From Clostridia bacterium (GTDB taxonomy: Bacteria > Bacillota > Clostridia > Christensenellales > CAG-138), in assembly GCA_036804025.1 (NCBI GenBank), contig DAIRTE010000004.1, positions 1 to 59,159 on the forward strand: a DNA stretch of 59,159 nucleotides. Direction: 5' to 3'. The position numbers and the translations under genes are program-made. Below, piece by piece: positions 45,343 through 54,917 of this stretch (the stretch's first letter is position 1; every line of letters starts with the position of its first letter). The notes beneath the pieces were generated by a model. That model was not told where the DNA came from. It did no database searches and worked only from the letters and a program-made list of their open reading frames with translations.

Positions 45343-46512
45343 GTGAGGACGACCCTGTACAACGGACAGGTGATTACCCCGCTCGTGGTGCGCCGCGGCG
45401 GAGTGGTGGTGGAAGATGGCAGAATTCTGCGCGTTTTTGAAGACGATGACTTTGAACGAACCGGAGAGTTGATCGACTGCCGCGAACAGTTCATTTCACC
45501 GGGCTTTGTCGACATCCACACGCACGGCATTTTCAACGGCGACACGATGGACGCAACGCCGGAGGCGCTGCATCGCATTACGCGCCTGCATGCCCAGCAT
45601 GGCACGACCAGCCTGCTGCCGACGACGCTTTCGCGCGGGCACGACGAAGTGTTGCGCGCGCTCAACAACATCTGCGTCTGCCGCGAACTGCCGCCGGATG
45701 GCGCGCGGATTCTCGGCGCGCATCTGGAGGGAAACTATTTTTCGCCAAAGATGGCGGGCGCGCAGAACCCCGCCTATCTGTATCCGCCGGACGAACAGGA
45801 CTACATGGAGTACGTAAAAACCGGGTGCGTCGTGCGCGTTGCGGCGGCGCCGGAGCTGCCCGGGGCGCTGAAGATGGCGGAGCAGCTGGTGCCGCTCGGC
45901 ATTCAGCTCTCCATTGGGCATTCAAACGGCACGCCGGAGGATGTTCGAAACGCGATTGCCGTCGGCTATTCCTCGCTGACGCATATCTTTAACGCGCAGT
46001 CCGCGCTCAACAGCGTGTTTGTCTACCCCGAGGCGGGCGTTTGCGAGTCCGCACTCTTGCACGATGAGCTGCGCGTGGAGTGCATTTGCGACGGAAACCA
46101 TCTCTCGCCAACGCTGTTGAAGCTGATCTACAAGATTAAGGGCGCGGACGGCATGATTGGCATTACGGACGCCGTCTATGCCGGCGCGGCGGATGGCGAC
46201 TACGTCATGGGCGGCCTCGACGTCGAGGTAAAGAACAACATCTGCATTCTCAAGAACCAGAGCGCATTTGCGGGCAGCATTGCGACCATGGATCTGTGTG
46301 TGCGGACGCTGCACCTCAAAGCGGGCATTCCGATTCAGGATGCGGTGTATATCTGTTCCTACACCCCGGCAAAGGTCATTGGCCGGCAGAACAGCATTGG
46401 CATGCTGCAACCGGGATTTGATGCGGATATCAACGTGTTCGATTCTGAGATTAACATTCTCTACACAATGGTTCAGGGTAAGACGTTCCAAAACAAGCTG
46501 GCGAATGCTTGA
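45343..46512 (+). CDS. nagA: N-acetylglucosamine-6-phosphate deacetylase family amidohydrolase
   Basis: GTG start with RBS TAGGAGGA. PGFVDIHTHG, HLEGNYFS, SIGHSN, THIFNA. Confidence 0.88.
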   Translation: MRTTLYNGQVITPLVVRRGGVVVEDGRILRVFEDDDFERTGELIDCREQFISPGFVDIHTHGIFNGDTMDATPEALHRITRLHAQHGTTSLLPTTLSRGHDEVLRALNNICVCRELPPDGARILGAHLEGNYFSPKMAGAQNPAYLYPPDEQDYMEYVKTGCVVRVAAAPELPGALKMAEQLVPLGIQLSIGHSNGTPEDVRNAIAVGYSSLTHIFNAQSALNSVFVYPEAGVCESALLHDELRVECICDGNHLSPTLLKLIYKIKGADGMIGITDAVYAGAADGDYVMGGLDVEVKNNICILKNQSAFAGSIATMDLCVRTLHLKAGIPIQDAVYICSYTPAKVIGRQNSIGMLQPGFDADINVFDSEINILYTMVQGKTFQNKLANA

Positions 46513-46558
46513 TCCGTTGAGTCGAAAGAATACATTCGAGTGAGAGAAGGCAGGGCGC

Positions 46559-47875
46559 ATGAAAAAGAAGAATGATTCGGATTTTCGCTACAACACCGGC
46601 GAAACACGCGTTCCTTGGGCGGCAGTCGGCGAAAACTACAACGCGTTGGATACCTTGGAGGTCATCCGGTTTCTGATGCAGGGGGAAGGCGAGGATTACG
46701 AAGCGGCGTTCCAATCGGTCAAAGAAACCATTCACCGTCTGGATGCCGTGTCCAGCCCGCCGGGCAAACTCTCGCTGGACGCGCAGGTGGCGCGCGCGGA
46801 GGCGCTGTGCGACGCGTATCTGCAAACCAGCGGGTGCCTGTTTTTGACCAACGCGACGGCAGGCTTCGAAATTGCCTACAAATACGCGAACATCAGCCCC
46901 GGAGACGAGGTGATTGTTCCGGCGATCACGTTTATTGCAACCATGGCATATCCGCTCTCGGTCGGCGCAAAGCTGGTGTTTGCGGACGTTGACCCCGTTA
47001 CGCTGAACATGGACCCTGCGGATGTGGCAAAAAAGATCACCCCGCGCACGAAGATGATTGTTCCGGTGCACATTGGCGGCTATCCGGTGGACATGGACCC
47101 GATCATGGAACTGGCGCGCGAGCACGATCTCGTCGTGCTGGAGGACGCGGCGCACGCGTTTGGCGCGGAGTATAAAGGGCGCAAAGTTGGAACAATCGGC
47201 CATTTCGGCGCGTTCAGCTTCCACGAGGTAAAGAACATCACCTCGTTCGGCGAGGGCGGTATTCTGACGACCAGCATCGAGAGCTTTCGGCCGGAGATGC
47301 GGCGCGCGCGGTTTCTGGGGCTGGACTTCTCGAAGCAGATTAAGGACTGGCTCTACGATGTTTCCCCGATTGCCGGAAAATACGGCCCATTCGTGGCAGG
47401 CAACCACTCCACAACCGAGATTCAGGCGCTCGGGCTTGCGCGGCAGGTGGGGCGCGTGGACGAGATCATCTCCGCGCGGCGCGCGGCTTCCGCGTATCTG
47501 ACGGAGCGTCTTTCGGCCGACCCCGCGATCATTCCGCAGGATCTGGGCAGCGCGGCGATCAAACCGACGTTTCACCTCTATCGCATGCTGATCGATCCTT
47601 CACAGGCAGGCGCAGACGTGCAGGTGCTCAAGCGCAAACTCGCAGAGAAGGGCGTCACGACGATTCCGCACTTTGGCCCGCTCTACCGTTTTCAGGTGGC
47701 GGCGACCTTCGGGTACAACGGGGACGAAATTGCGAAAACCTGCCCCGTTTGCGAAGAGGTGTTTCATCATCGCTTCACGCATTTTCCGGTCTATGGGCTC
47801 TCGCAGGATCAGCTGACATTTATGGCGGACGCGATTCTGGAGTCGCTTGGCGAGATGCGGCGCGAGGCAAAGTAA
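46559..47875 (+). CDS. DegT/DnrJ/EryC1/StrS-family PLP-dependent aminotransferase (copy 2)
   Basis: TNATAGFEIAY, GDEVIVPAITFIAT, VLEDAAHA, and Lys in FSFHEVKNITSFGEGGIL. Confidence 0.9.
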   Translation: MKKKNDSDFRYNTGETRVPWAAVGENYNALDTLEVIRFLMQGEGEDYEAAFQSVKETIHRLDAVSSPPGKLSLDAQVARAEALCDAYLQTSGCLFLTNATAGFEIAYKYANISPGDEVIVPAITFIATMAYPLSVGAKLVFADVDPVTLNMDPADVAKKITPRTKMIVPVHIGGYPVDMDPIMELAREHDLVVLEDAAHAFGAEYKGRKVGTIGHFGAFSFHEVKNITSFGEGGILTTSIESFRPEMRRARFLGLDFSKQIKDWLYDVSPIAGKYGPFVAGNHSTTEIQALGLARQVGRVDEIISARRAASAYLTERLSADPAIIPQDLGSAAIKPTFHLYRMLIDPSQAGADVQVLKRKLAEKGVTTIPHFGPLYRFQVAATFGYNGDEIAKTCPVCEEVFHHRFTHFPVYGLSQDQLTFMADAILESLGEMRREAK

Positions 47876-47915
47876 CGCGCAGAGTGCGCGCACAGGAGAG
47901 AAGAATTGAAACAGC

Positions 47916-47950
47916 GAGCGCATCGGAAAGATGCGCTCCTTTCCTCTTAT
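47916..47950 (+). terminator. Candidate terminator or attenuator before the RmlD-like gene
   Basis: GAGCGCATC-GGAAA-GATGCGCTC followed by CTTTCCTCTT. Confidence 0.5.
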
Positions 47951-47974
47951 CGAGAAAAAGGATAAAATGCTTCT

Positions 47975-48859
47975 ATGGATTCGATTTTAATCATAGGCGG
48001 AAATGGCTTTCTGGGTTCGCACCTCGCAGCGCGCGCAGGGGCGCTTGGCATGCGCGTCAGCGTGGTTGGAACGGCACAGCGCCCCACGGTACCGAACGCG
48101 GCATACCATCACGCGGACATCGGCGATCTTCGCGCGATGCAGGCCGTGTTTCAAGTGGTGTCGCCGCGCTTTGTCGTGAATTCGGCGGCGATTGCGGACA
48201 TTGACTATGCCGAACAACACCCGGAGGAAGCCCTGCGCGTGAACGCACTCGGCGCGGAGGTCTGCGCAAAACTGGCGGCTGAGCACCATGCGCGGCACCT
48301 GTTCTTCTCGTCGGACGCGGTGTTTGACGGTACAAAAGCGGCCTACTCGGAGGACGACGCGACGAACCCTTGCAACTATTACGGAAGAACCAAGGAGCTT
48401 GCGGAGCAGAAAGTCGCGTTGGCTCATCCGGACGCGGTGATTGCGCGGGTGTCGTTGCTGCTTGGACGAAGCAGCGGAAACTCCGGCGTGGTCGATCCGC
48501 TGATGCGCAGGCTGGAGGCGGGGGATGAGGCGTTTAGCAACAGCGACCAGATTCGCACGCCGATCGACATCTATACGCTGGCGGACGCCGTGTTTGAATT
48601 GCTGGCACGGCAAGAGTGCTCCGGCCTCGTTCATCTGGCGTGTACCGAGGCGGCAAGCAAGCTGGAGATTTGCCGGGGTATCGCAAGAGGACTTGGATAC
48701 GATCCGGAACGCGTGCAGCATTACCCCGCGGGAAGCGCGCGGGGAGCCAAGCGCCATTTAAACGGCGTGCTAAGCGTGGAGAAGGCGGCGCGAGGATTGA
48801 AACAGACGCACCTGCCAACGCTGGAGGAGACCATTGCGCGCGCGATGCTGGGCAGATAA
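47975..48859 (+). CDS. RmlD-like NAD(P)H-dependent (keto)sugar reductase / SDR epimerase-family protein
   Basis: ILIIGGNGFLGSHL Rossmann. SSDAVFDG, YxxxK in NYYGRTK. 294 aa. Confidence 0.85.
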   Translation: MDSILIIGGNGFLGSHLAARAGALGMRVSVVGTAQRPTVPNAAYHHADIGDLRAMQAVFQVVSPRFVVNSAAIADIDYAEQHPEEALRVNALGAEVCAKLAAEHHARHLFFSSDAVFDGTKAAYSEDDATNPCNYYGRTKELAEQKVALAHPDAVIARVSLLLGRSSGNSGVVDPLMRRLEAGDEAFSNSDQIRTPIDIYTLADAVFELLARQECSGLVHLACTEAASKLEICRGIARGLGYDPERVQHYPAGSARGAKRHLNGVLSVEKAARGLKQTHLPTLEETIARAMLGR

Positions 48860-48901
48860 GCAATGGCCCGAACTTCGGCGTGAAAGAATCTTTCGAAACA
48901 G

Positions 48902-48940
48902 AAAAACAGGAGTCCATCTCACGATGGACTCTGTTTTTTG
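48902..48940. terminator. Bidirectional terminator between the RmlD-like and GH30 genes
   Basis: AAAAACAGGAGTCCATC-TCAC-GATGGACTCTGTTTTTTG. Confidence 0.88.
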
Positions 48941-48971
48941 AAATTCTCGCGTTTCGAACGATCACGAACGA

Positions 48972-50306
48972 TTAGTCTTGCGCAATCTCCACGCTGACGA
49001 TGGAATCCGCATGCAGAGGAATCTCGATCAGACTGCCTTCCAGCCGCAGAAAGACACGTCGTTCAGCAGCGGAATTGTTGGAAAGCACCGCGACAATCGT
49101 TCCGTCCGGATTGCGGAAAGCCGCCGCGTCCACCTCCGTTGAGAACGTGGTGGTGGAGATATGCCGGGCGCCGGACGCGATAAAATGGCTGAAGTGCCAG
49201 ATATAGTAGTAGGAGAGGCGCTTTTCAAAGGCGCCTGTTTTCGTGTTGCACAGAATGGGCGCGTCGCAGAAATTCTGCGCGTGGTTGGGGCCGCCGTCGC
49301 TGCCCAACGCGATGTTCCAGTCGAGAAAGGTATTCATGCCCGCGTTGAAATTGCCGATCATGTCATGCGCATACATCCTTGCGCTCTGTAGTTGGTCCTC
49401 GCGGTCAAAACGGTTGTACTCGATGCACCCTTCGGAGAACAGCAGCGAAAGCGCGGGGTATTGCTTACGCACCAGTCGGAGCGCGTCAAAATGATCGCCG
49501 CTGTACCAGTGAAATGCTGCGCCGTGGATCAGCCGCGCGGTGGATTCGTCTACCACTTCGCAAACGCGGTCAAAGAGACGCTCCTTGTTGTGATCCCAGA
49601 TGTAGATCGCGATATCGCCCAAGCCAGCTTTGATCAGAGCGGGATAGAGGAAGTCGCGCAAAAAGGTCTTCTCCTGCTCGCCGGTAAACAGGCAGCTGTC
49701 CCAGAGTTGCGTTGCGTTTGGTTCGTTTTGCACGGAGAGGCGTGTGACGGTTAGCCCGTGCGCCTGATACGAGCGGATGTAGCGGCAGATGTACTCCGCC
49801 CAGACCGAATAACACTCCGGCTTGAGCGTTCCGCCGTGGCTGCGCTCGCCGTTGCTCTTCATATAGGCCGGGGGAGACCATGGAGTCAGCATGACGCCAA
49901 TCGTCTCCGGGCAAACCTTCTGCGCCGCCTGGATATAGGGAATGACGTAGGTTTCGTCGTGCTGAAGGTCAAAGGGCGCGTCGGGCGCGGGCGAAGCCTC
50001 GTATTGCGACAGCGCAAAATCACAGCTGTCAATCGAGGTTCGAACGAGCGTATAGCGCAACCCTTCCGCGCGAAACACGGCGTCGAGAATCTGCTGCTGC
50101 GCGGAAGGCGGCATCAACGAGAGCGTGTATCCGACGGACTCGGTGATTGCGCCGCCGAACCCGTCAATCTGTTGATTGGCGAGTTTCGGGTAGAGATTGA
50201 CGACGTCCCGCTCCTGCGAGCCGGTGTCGGGGGTAATGTTGCATTCTTCGATGGAATGGGTGATGGTGCCGTTGCGGTAGTTTGTAAAGGTAGCCTTTGC
50301 CTGCAT
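48972..50306 (-). CDS. Glycoside hydrolase family 30 (copy A), cytoplasmic
   Basis: Start trimmed to MQAKATF (RBS AAGGAG). IDGFGGAITE, VQNEPN (acid/base), LLFSEGC (nucleophile). Confidence 0.85.
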   Translation of the reverse strand: MQAKATFTNYRNGTITHSIEECNITPDTGSQERDVVNLYPKLANQQIDGFGGAITESVGYTLSLMPPSAQQQILDAVFRAEGLRYTLVRTSIDSCDFALSQYEASPAPDAPFDLQHDETYVIPYIQAAQKVCPETIGVMLTPWSPPAYMKSNGERSHGGTLKPECYSVWAEYICRYIRSYQAHGLTVTRLSVQNEPNATQLWDSCLFTGEQEKTFLRDFLYPALIKAGLGDIAIYIWDHNKERLFDRVCEVVDESTARLIHGAAFHWYSGDHFDALRLVRKQYPALSLLFSEGCIEYNRFDREDQLQSARMYAHDMIGNFNAGMNTFLDWNIALGSDGGPNHAQNFCDAPILCNTKTGAFEKRLSYYYIWHFSHFIASGARHISTTTFSTEVDAAAFRNPDGTIVAVLSNNSAAERRVFLRLEGSLIEIPLHADSIVSVEIAQD

Positions 50307-50341
50307 TGGGGTACTCCTTGCTGATTGATGAATGATCGTTG

Positions 50342-51679
50342 TTATCGAATCAGGATGCTGTTGACCGAGCGCGGCTCCAGCGGGAATCGGAGCGTTTCGC
50401 CGTTGTGCAGCAGCGCGACGGATCGCACTTCGCAAAACGGGTTGAATACGCTGAGCGCGAGGGAACCGTCGGGGTTTTGAAACGCGAGAGTATCCGCGGC
50501 CCAAACGCCCGTCATGCCGAGGCGAACCGCGCCGCGTTGCACGATGGCGGAGGCGCTCTTAATGACGTAGTAGTCCGGATTGAGCGTAAAGCGCTTGCTC
50601 GCGGGATCGACGGTGACCATCGCGTTTTGCGGGTCACCCCAGGTGCTTCGCCCGACCGGCTCCAGAACGGGATTCCAGTAGAGGTAGCTCTCCGCGCCGT
50701 TGCCGATGTAGTGCTTCATCATCGTCCAGACATAGAGCGCGTAGTCCCAGGTGTTGTCGCCAAAGCCGCATTCATTTTCGGACTGCATGAGCCTTATGCG
50801 CGGCCACCAGTTTTCAAACGTCCGCTGGATTGCAATTTTGCCGCCCCACTGATAGCTCACTCCCGTGATGTACTGCAGCGCTTCTTCATCCGAGAGTACG
50901 ATGTTTGCAAAATAGTCGTAATCTTCGGCTGCCCATTTATCGAAGATCAGACGGTTATAATCGCATCCGGGCGCGTTGATCGTGCCAAGCCAGAGCTCCG
51001 TTTCGGGGCACTCCTTTTTCAGAACCGGGCCGATGTAGTCCCGAATGAACTCGCGCAGTTCTTCACCCGTCCACATGCAGGAGGGGAACTTCTGGTTTGC
51101 AACGGGTTCGTTTTGCACGTGAACCTGATCGATTTTCACGCCTTCCGCCGCATACGCCTGCACAAAACGCGCAAAGTAGCGCGCGTAAGCGCCGAGGTTC
51201 TCCGGCGTCCAGATGAGCTTGCCCCAGTTATAGACCGGCGGGTTTTTCATCCAGGTTGGCGGACTCCAGGGCGAAGCAAAGAGCTTTAGTTCCGGCTGAT
51301 ACGACTGTGCTTCTTTGATATAAGGAATCAGACAGCGCTTGTCCCGCTCGATGCTGAAATGCTTCAGCGCATAATCGCCAGCCGTTTCGTCCAGGCTGTA
51401 CCAGTCTTCGGCATAGTCGTTTGCGCCGATTGGCAGGCGGCAGAGATTGAAGTTTGCGTGTTCCGGTGAATAGAGCTCCGTAAACAACGCCGCGCGGTCG
51501 TCGGCGGAAAGGTGCGCCAGCGCGCGGTAGCCCAGCTCGTTGAAGCAGCCGCCAAAGCCCTCCATCCGCTGATAGGTGCGCCCGTCGCAGAGGAGCGTCG
51601 CTTGCGCGCTCGTGCGTTCGCAGCGCTTTTCCTGCCACTGTGCCTGTTCGTTTGATGAATGCCAAATGACTTGTGCCAT
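50342..51679 (-). CDS. Glycoside hydrolase family 30 (copy B), cytoplasmic
   Basis: MEGFGGCFNE, SPWSPPTWMK, VQNEPV, MQSENECG. RBS AGGAGGAA. Confidence 0.85.
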   Translation of the reverse strand: MAQVIWHSSNEQAQWQEKRCERTSAQATLLCDGRTYQRMEGFGGCFNELGYRALAHLSADDRAALFTELYSPEHANFNLCRLPIGANDYAEDWYSLDETAGDYALKHFSIERDKRCLIPYIKEAQSYQPELKLFASPWSPPTWMKNPPVYNWGKLIWTPENLGAYARYFARFVQAYAAEGVKIDQVHVQNEPVANQKFPSCMWTGEELREFIRDYIGPVLKKECPETELWLGTINAPGCDYNRLIFDKWAAEDYDYFANIVLSDEEALQYITGVSYQWGGKIAIQRTFENWWPRIRLMQSENECGFGDNTWDYALYVWTMMKHYIGNGAESYLYWNPVLEPVGRSTWGDPQNAMVTVDPASKRFTLNPDYYVIKSASAIVQRGAVRLGMTGVWAADTLAFQNPDGSLALSVFNPFCEVRSVALLHNGETLRFPLEPRSVNSILIR

Positions 51680-51692
51680 AAAGCGGTTCCTC

Positions 51693-52520
51693 CTATTTTT
51701 CCGATCCGGTGGTCAGGCCGTCGATAATATACCGTGAGAAGATCGCAAACACGATCATAATGGGGATAACGGAGATTGCAACCGCAAGGTACATTGCGCC
51801 ATAATTTGTAACGTACAGCCCCTTGATCATGGAGATCATCACGGGCATGGTGTAAAGTTCCTTGCGCTGGAGTATGATCAGCGGCCCCATGTAGGCGTTC
51901 CACGACGCGACGAAGTTGAAGATGCACATGGTCGCCACCCCCGGCATGATGCAGGGCAACACGATGCGGTTGAAGATGCCAAACTCGGAGCAGCCCTCGA
52001 TGCGCGGCGCCTCGATCATGGAGTCCGAAATGCTCTGCTCAATCATACCTCGCAGGAAAAACACGGTGGTTGCGTTGGCAATGCCGGGAATGATGAACGG
52101 CAGATAGCTGTTGGTTAGCCCCAACTTGAGGCAGAGCCGGTAGAACCCGATGATGCTCAACTGCGAGGGAATCATCATGGAAGCCAGCACGATGGCATAG
52201 AGCACGTTCTGAAACCGGAATTTGTACTTGGCAAACCCGTAGGCGGTAAACGCGCCGAAATAGCCGGTGAGCAGCGTAAACGGAATGGTGATGGCAATAC
52301 TGTTGAAAAACCCGCGCCAGATGTCGACGAGCTTCTGCATCGTTTGGTAGTTTTCCGCCAGCGCGTCGCCCGGCAGCAGATGGAACTTGGTGACGATGTC
52401 GAGACTACTATGTGTGCTGTTGACGAAGACCACGAGAAACGGCACCACGCAGAGCAGCGTCAGCACAATCAGCAGCAGCCAGATGCCAAGCGAGGAAGGA
52501 CGGAAGGTTCGATGTTTCAT
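51693..52520 (-). CDS. Carbohydrate (CUT1) ABC transporter permease, MalG-like
   Basis: 275 aa, 6 TM, EAA-loop-like IEAPRIEGCSEFGIFNRIVLP. Confidence 0.88.
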   Translation of the reverse strand: MKHRTFRPSSLGIWLLLIVLTLLCVVPFLVVFVNSTHSSLDIVTKFHLLPGDALAENYQTMQKLVDIWRGFFNSIAITIPFTLLTGYFGAFTAYGFAKYKFRFQNVLYAIVLASMMIPSQLSIIGFYRLCLKLGLTNSYLPFIIPGIANATTVFFLRGMIEQSISDSMIEAPRIEGCSEFGIFNRIVLPCIMPGVATMCIFNFVASWNAYMGPLIILQRKELYTMPVMISMIKGLYVTNYGAMYLAVAISVIPIMIVFAIFSRYIIDGLTTGSEK

Positions 52521-53449
52521 AGTTTGTACGCACCGTCCTTTCTGCGCATCGATTTGTATGCAAAGCCGCTCATCACCGCGATAAAGAGGAACAGCACGCA
52601 GGAGATGGTGGCGGAATAGCCATAGTTAAAGTTCTTGAACCCCTGATTGTACAGGTACATCGAGACAGTCAGCACCGCCTTGCCGGGGTCGCCAAGGTTG
52701 TTGGATAGCGTCAGCGGCACGTCGAAGAGCTGCATGCCGCCGATGAACGACGTGATCGCGAGGTACACGAGCGTCGGTTGAATCAGCGGGAGCGTGATCT
52801 TCCAGAACGTTTGACTTCTATTCGCGCCGTCCACCATTGCGGCTTCGTAGAGGCTCTTGTCGACCGTGGTGGTTCCCGCGAGGATGATCACGGTGGTGTA
52901 GCCAAACCACATCCACCATTGCACAAACGAGACGAGGCCGCTCGTGAGCGTCTTACTCATAAAAAAGCTAATGGGCGCGCCCTGCACGCCGAGGGAGACG
53001 AGCAGCTGGTTGATCGGCGAGTGGTCGCCGTCCAGAAGCAGGTTGAAGAGCAGGCCGACGGAGGTTGCGGTGATCAGGTTCGGCAGGTAGAACACCGCGC
53101 GGTAAAAGTTTTTACCGCGGACGCGACAGAAGGTGAAGATTGCTGTGAGCACGAGCGCCATGCCAAACTGCGGAATCGCGTTGCCAAGCCAGATGCGAAT
53201 CGTGTTCCAAAGCGCGAGGTAAAACACGTCGTCGCCGAGGATGCGCGCGTAGTTCTTGAGGCCGATCTGGACGGCGGGCATCAACCCGTCCCATTTTTGC
53301 AGGCTCAGCTGAAACGTACTGACGATGGGATACAGCCCGAAGATCAGAAAAACAAGGAAAAACGGGGCAATGAACAGGTAGCCATACCAGCCCTTGTCCA
53401 GCTTGCTCCGCTTTTTGGGAAGCGCGGAATTCGTTGCGTCTGCTTGCAT
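52517..53449 (-). CDS. Carbohydrate (CUT1) ABC transporter permease, MalF-like
   Basis: 310 aa. EAAMVDGANRSQTFWKITLP EAA loop. 4-nt overlap with the downstream permease gene. Confidence 0.88.
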   Translation of the reverse strand: MQADATNSALPKKRSKLDKGWYGYLFIAPFFLVFLIFGLYPIVSTFQLSLQKWDGLMPAVQIGLKNYARILGDDVFYLALWNTIRIWLGNAIPQFGMALVLTAIFTFCRVRGKNFYRAVFYLPNLITATSVGLLFNLLLDGDHSPINQLLVSLGVQGAPISFFMSKTLTSGLVSFVQWWMWFGYTTVIILAGTTTVDKSLYEAAMVDGANRSQTFWKITLPLIQPTLVYLAITSFIGGMQLFDVPLTLSNNLGDPGKAVLTVSMYLYNQGFKNFNYGYSATISCVLFLFIAVMSGFAYKSMRRKDGAYKL

Positions 53450-53523
53450 GGAGGTTCCTTCCTTCCAAAGATGGGTTTACCGCGGCGGAACAAACGACTC
53501 AAGCCCGGCGCGAGGGGAGGCAA

Positions 53524-53548
53524 GGGCCGCCGCAGCCTGCGGCGGCCC
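53524..53548 (-). other. GC-rich hairpin just after the SBP stop (intra-operon stabiliser or attenuator)
   Basis: Minus strand GGGCCGCCGCAG-G-CTGCGGCGGCCC, with no clear U-tract. Confidence 0.5.
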
Positions 53549-53563
53549 CGCTCGATGGTTCGT

Positions 53564-54895
53564 TTAGTCCGCGATGGTGAGATCGGGGTAGGCGTTCAGC
53601 GCGTCCGCTTTGAACTGCGCAATTGCCTCGTCCTTCGTCATCGCGCCGGAAACATAGGACTTCACGGCGGAGAGGAAGGCGTTGTTCAGCGTTCCGTCAT
53701 ACTGCGTCATCAGATCCGCGGGGATCTTGGCCATGACGCTGTTGTAGAAGGCGTAGAGGTTCTGTCCGCCGAGGACCGCGTCGCCGGCTTCGTTGGCAAG
53801 GGCTTCGTCCACGCTCTTGAGCGCAACGTATTCGCCATACTGGCTGGCATACGCCTTGACGGACTCTTCGTTCAGCGTGCAATACTGCAGGAACAGCCAG
53901 GCAAGGTCTTTGTTGGTGCTGCTGTCGTAGATGCCGACCCAGGTGCCGCCCTTGACATAGGGCACCGGCGCTTCGCACATGGCCCACTGGCCGCTCGTCG
54001 TCACGGCGGACGGCTTGATCAGGAACTGGTAGCCCCAGGTGGGCAGAATGTAGCAGAAGCAGTCCGCGCTCTCAACGGCGGCATACCATTCGCCGCTCCA
54101 CGGATCACAGTTCTTATCGTAACCCTTGTCGACGATGGTCTTGGCCATGTCCATGTATTCCGTCAGGCTCGGGTCAATGGTCAGCGTGCCGTCCTTGACC
54201 CAGCCGCTCGCGCGGTTCGTGAATTCCATGTTCATGATGTCCTGCCAGGTGGCAAACATCTTGACGTTCTGTTCGGCCATCTTGGCGGCGACTTCCATCA
54301 TCTTGGCGTTGCTACCCAGCATTTCGCCAACGGCGACGGGATCATCGGTGCCGAGCACGGTCTTGGCGATGTCGCGGCGATAGATGATGCCGCCCGGGGA
54401 GGCCTGCCAGCTCAGGGCTTTGATGACGCCCTTGGAGTCGGTGCCGATGTTGCGGACGTAATCCCAGATGTTATCCTTGTACTGGTCGATGCCAAACTGG
54501 CTCAGGTCGGTCCAATACGGCGTTTCCACGAGGTATTTCACGTAGTCCGATTCGCCGGTAAACATGTCCGGCGCCTGATCGCCGGAGATCGCGGTGGAGA
54601 GCTTGGTGAGGAACTCCGAATTCGGAACAACGGTGACTTCGACCTTGATGTTCGGGTAGATGGCGTTAAAGCCTTCCACGAAGCGGGTCAGTTCCTCGCC
54701 GGAGGACCAAACGGTGATGGTGCCGCTCAGTGATGCGGGATCGGTAGTGGGCGCTTCCGTTGCTTCGGCGGCGGGCGCGGCGGTATCCGCAGCGGCGGTG
54801 TCCGCGGGGGTGGCTTCTGTGGCGGGCGAGCTGGTGCAGGCAAACATTCCGAGTGCCAAAACCAGCGCAAGAACGATAGCAAGGGTCTTCTTCAT
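53564..54895 (-). CDS. Extracellular solute-binding lipoprotein, family 1 (CUT1 oligosaccharide SBP)
   Basis: Start trimmed to MKKTLAIVLALVLALGMFACTSS (lipobox), RBS AAAGGAGGAG. Ala/Thr/Pro linker. Confidence 0.88.
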   Translation of the reverse strand: MKKTLAIVLALVLALGMFACTSSPATEATPADTAAADTAAPAAEATEAPTTDPASLSGTITVWSSGEELTRFVEGFNAIYPNIKVEVTVVPNSEFLTKLSTAISGDQAPDMFTGESDYVKYLVETPYWTDLSQFGIDQYKDNIWDYVRNIGTDSKGVIKALSWQASPGGIIYRRDIAKTVLGTDDPVAVGEMLGSNAKMMEVAAKMAEQNVKMFATWQDIMNMEFTNRASGWVKDGTLTIDPSLTEYMDMAKTIVDKGYDKNCDPWSGEWYAAVESADCFCYILPTWGYQFLIKPSAVTTSGQWAMCEAPVPYVKGGTWVGIYDSSTNKDLAWLFLQYCTLNEESVKAYASQYGEYVALKSVDEALANEAGDAVLGGQNLYAFYNSVMAKIPADLMTQYDGTLNNAFLSAVKSYVSGAMTKDEAIAQFKADALNAYPDLTIAD

Positions 54896-54917
54896 GGATT
54901 CTCTCCTCCTTTTATAT

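Noticed and set aside
32761-51679. A glycosphingolipid degradation pathway suggested by the family names: ceramidase-like protein plus GH30 (the glucosylceramidase family).
   Set aside because: These names are only family labels. The genes are ~15 kb apart in separate operons with different regulators. Both GH30 enzymes sit behind an oligosaccharide CUT1 importer, which points to glycan substrates rather than lipids.
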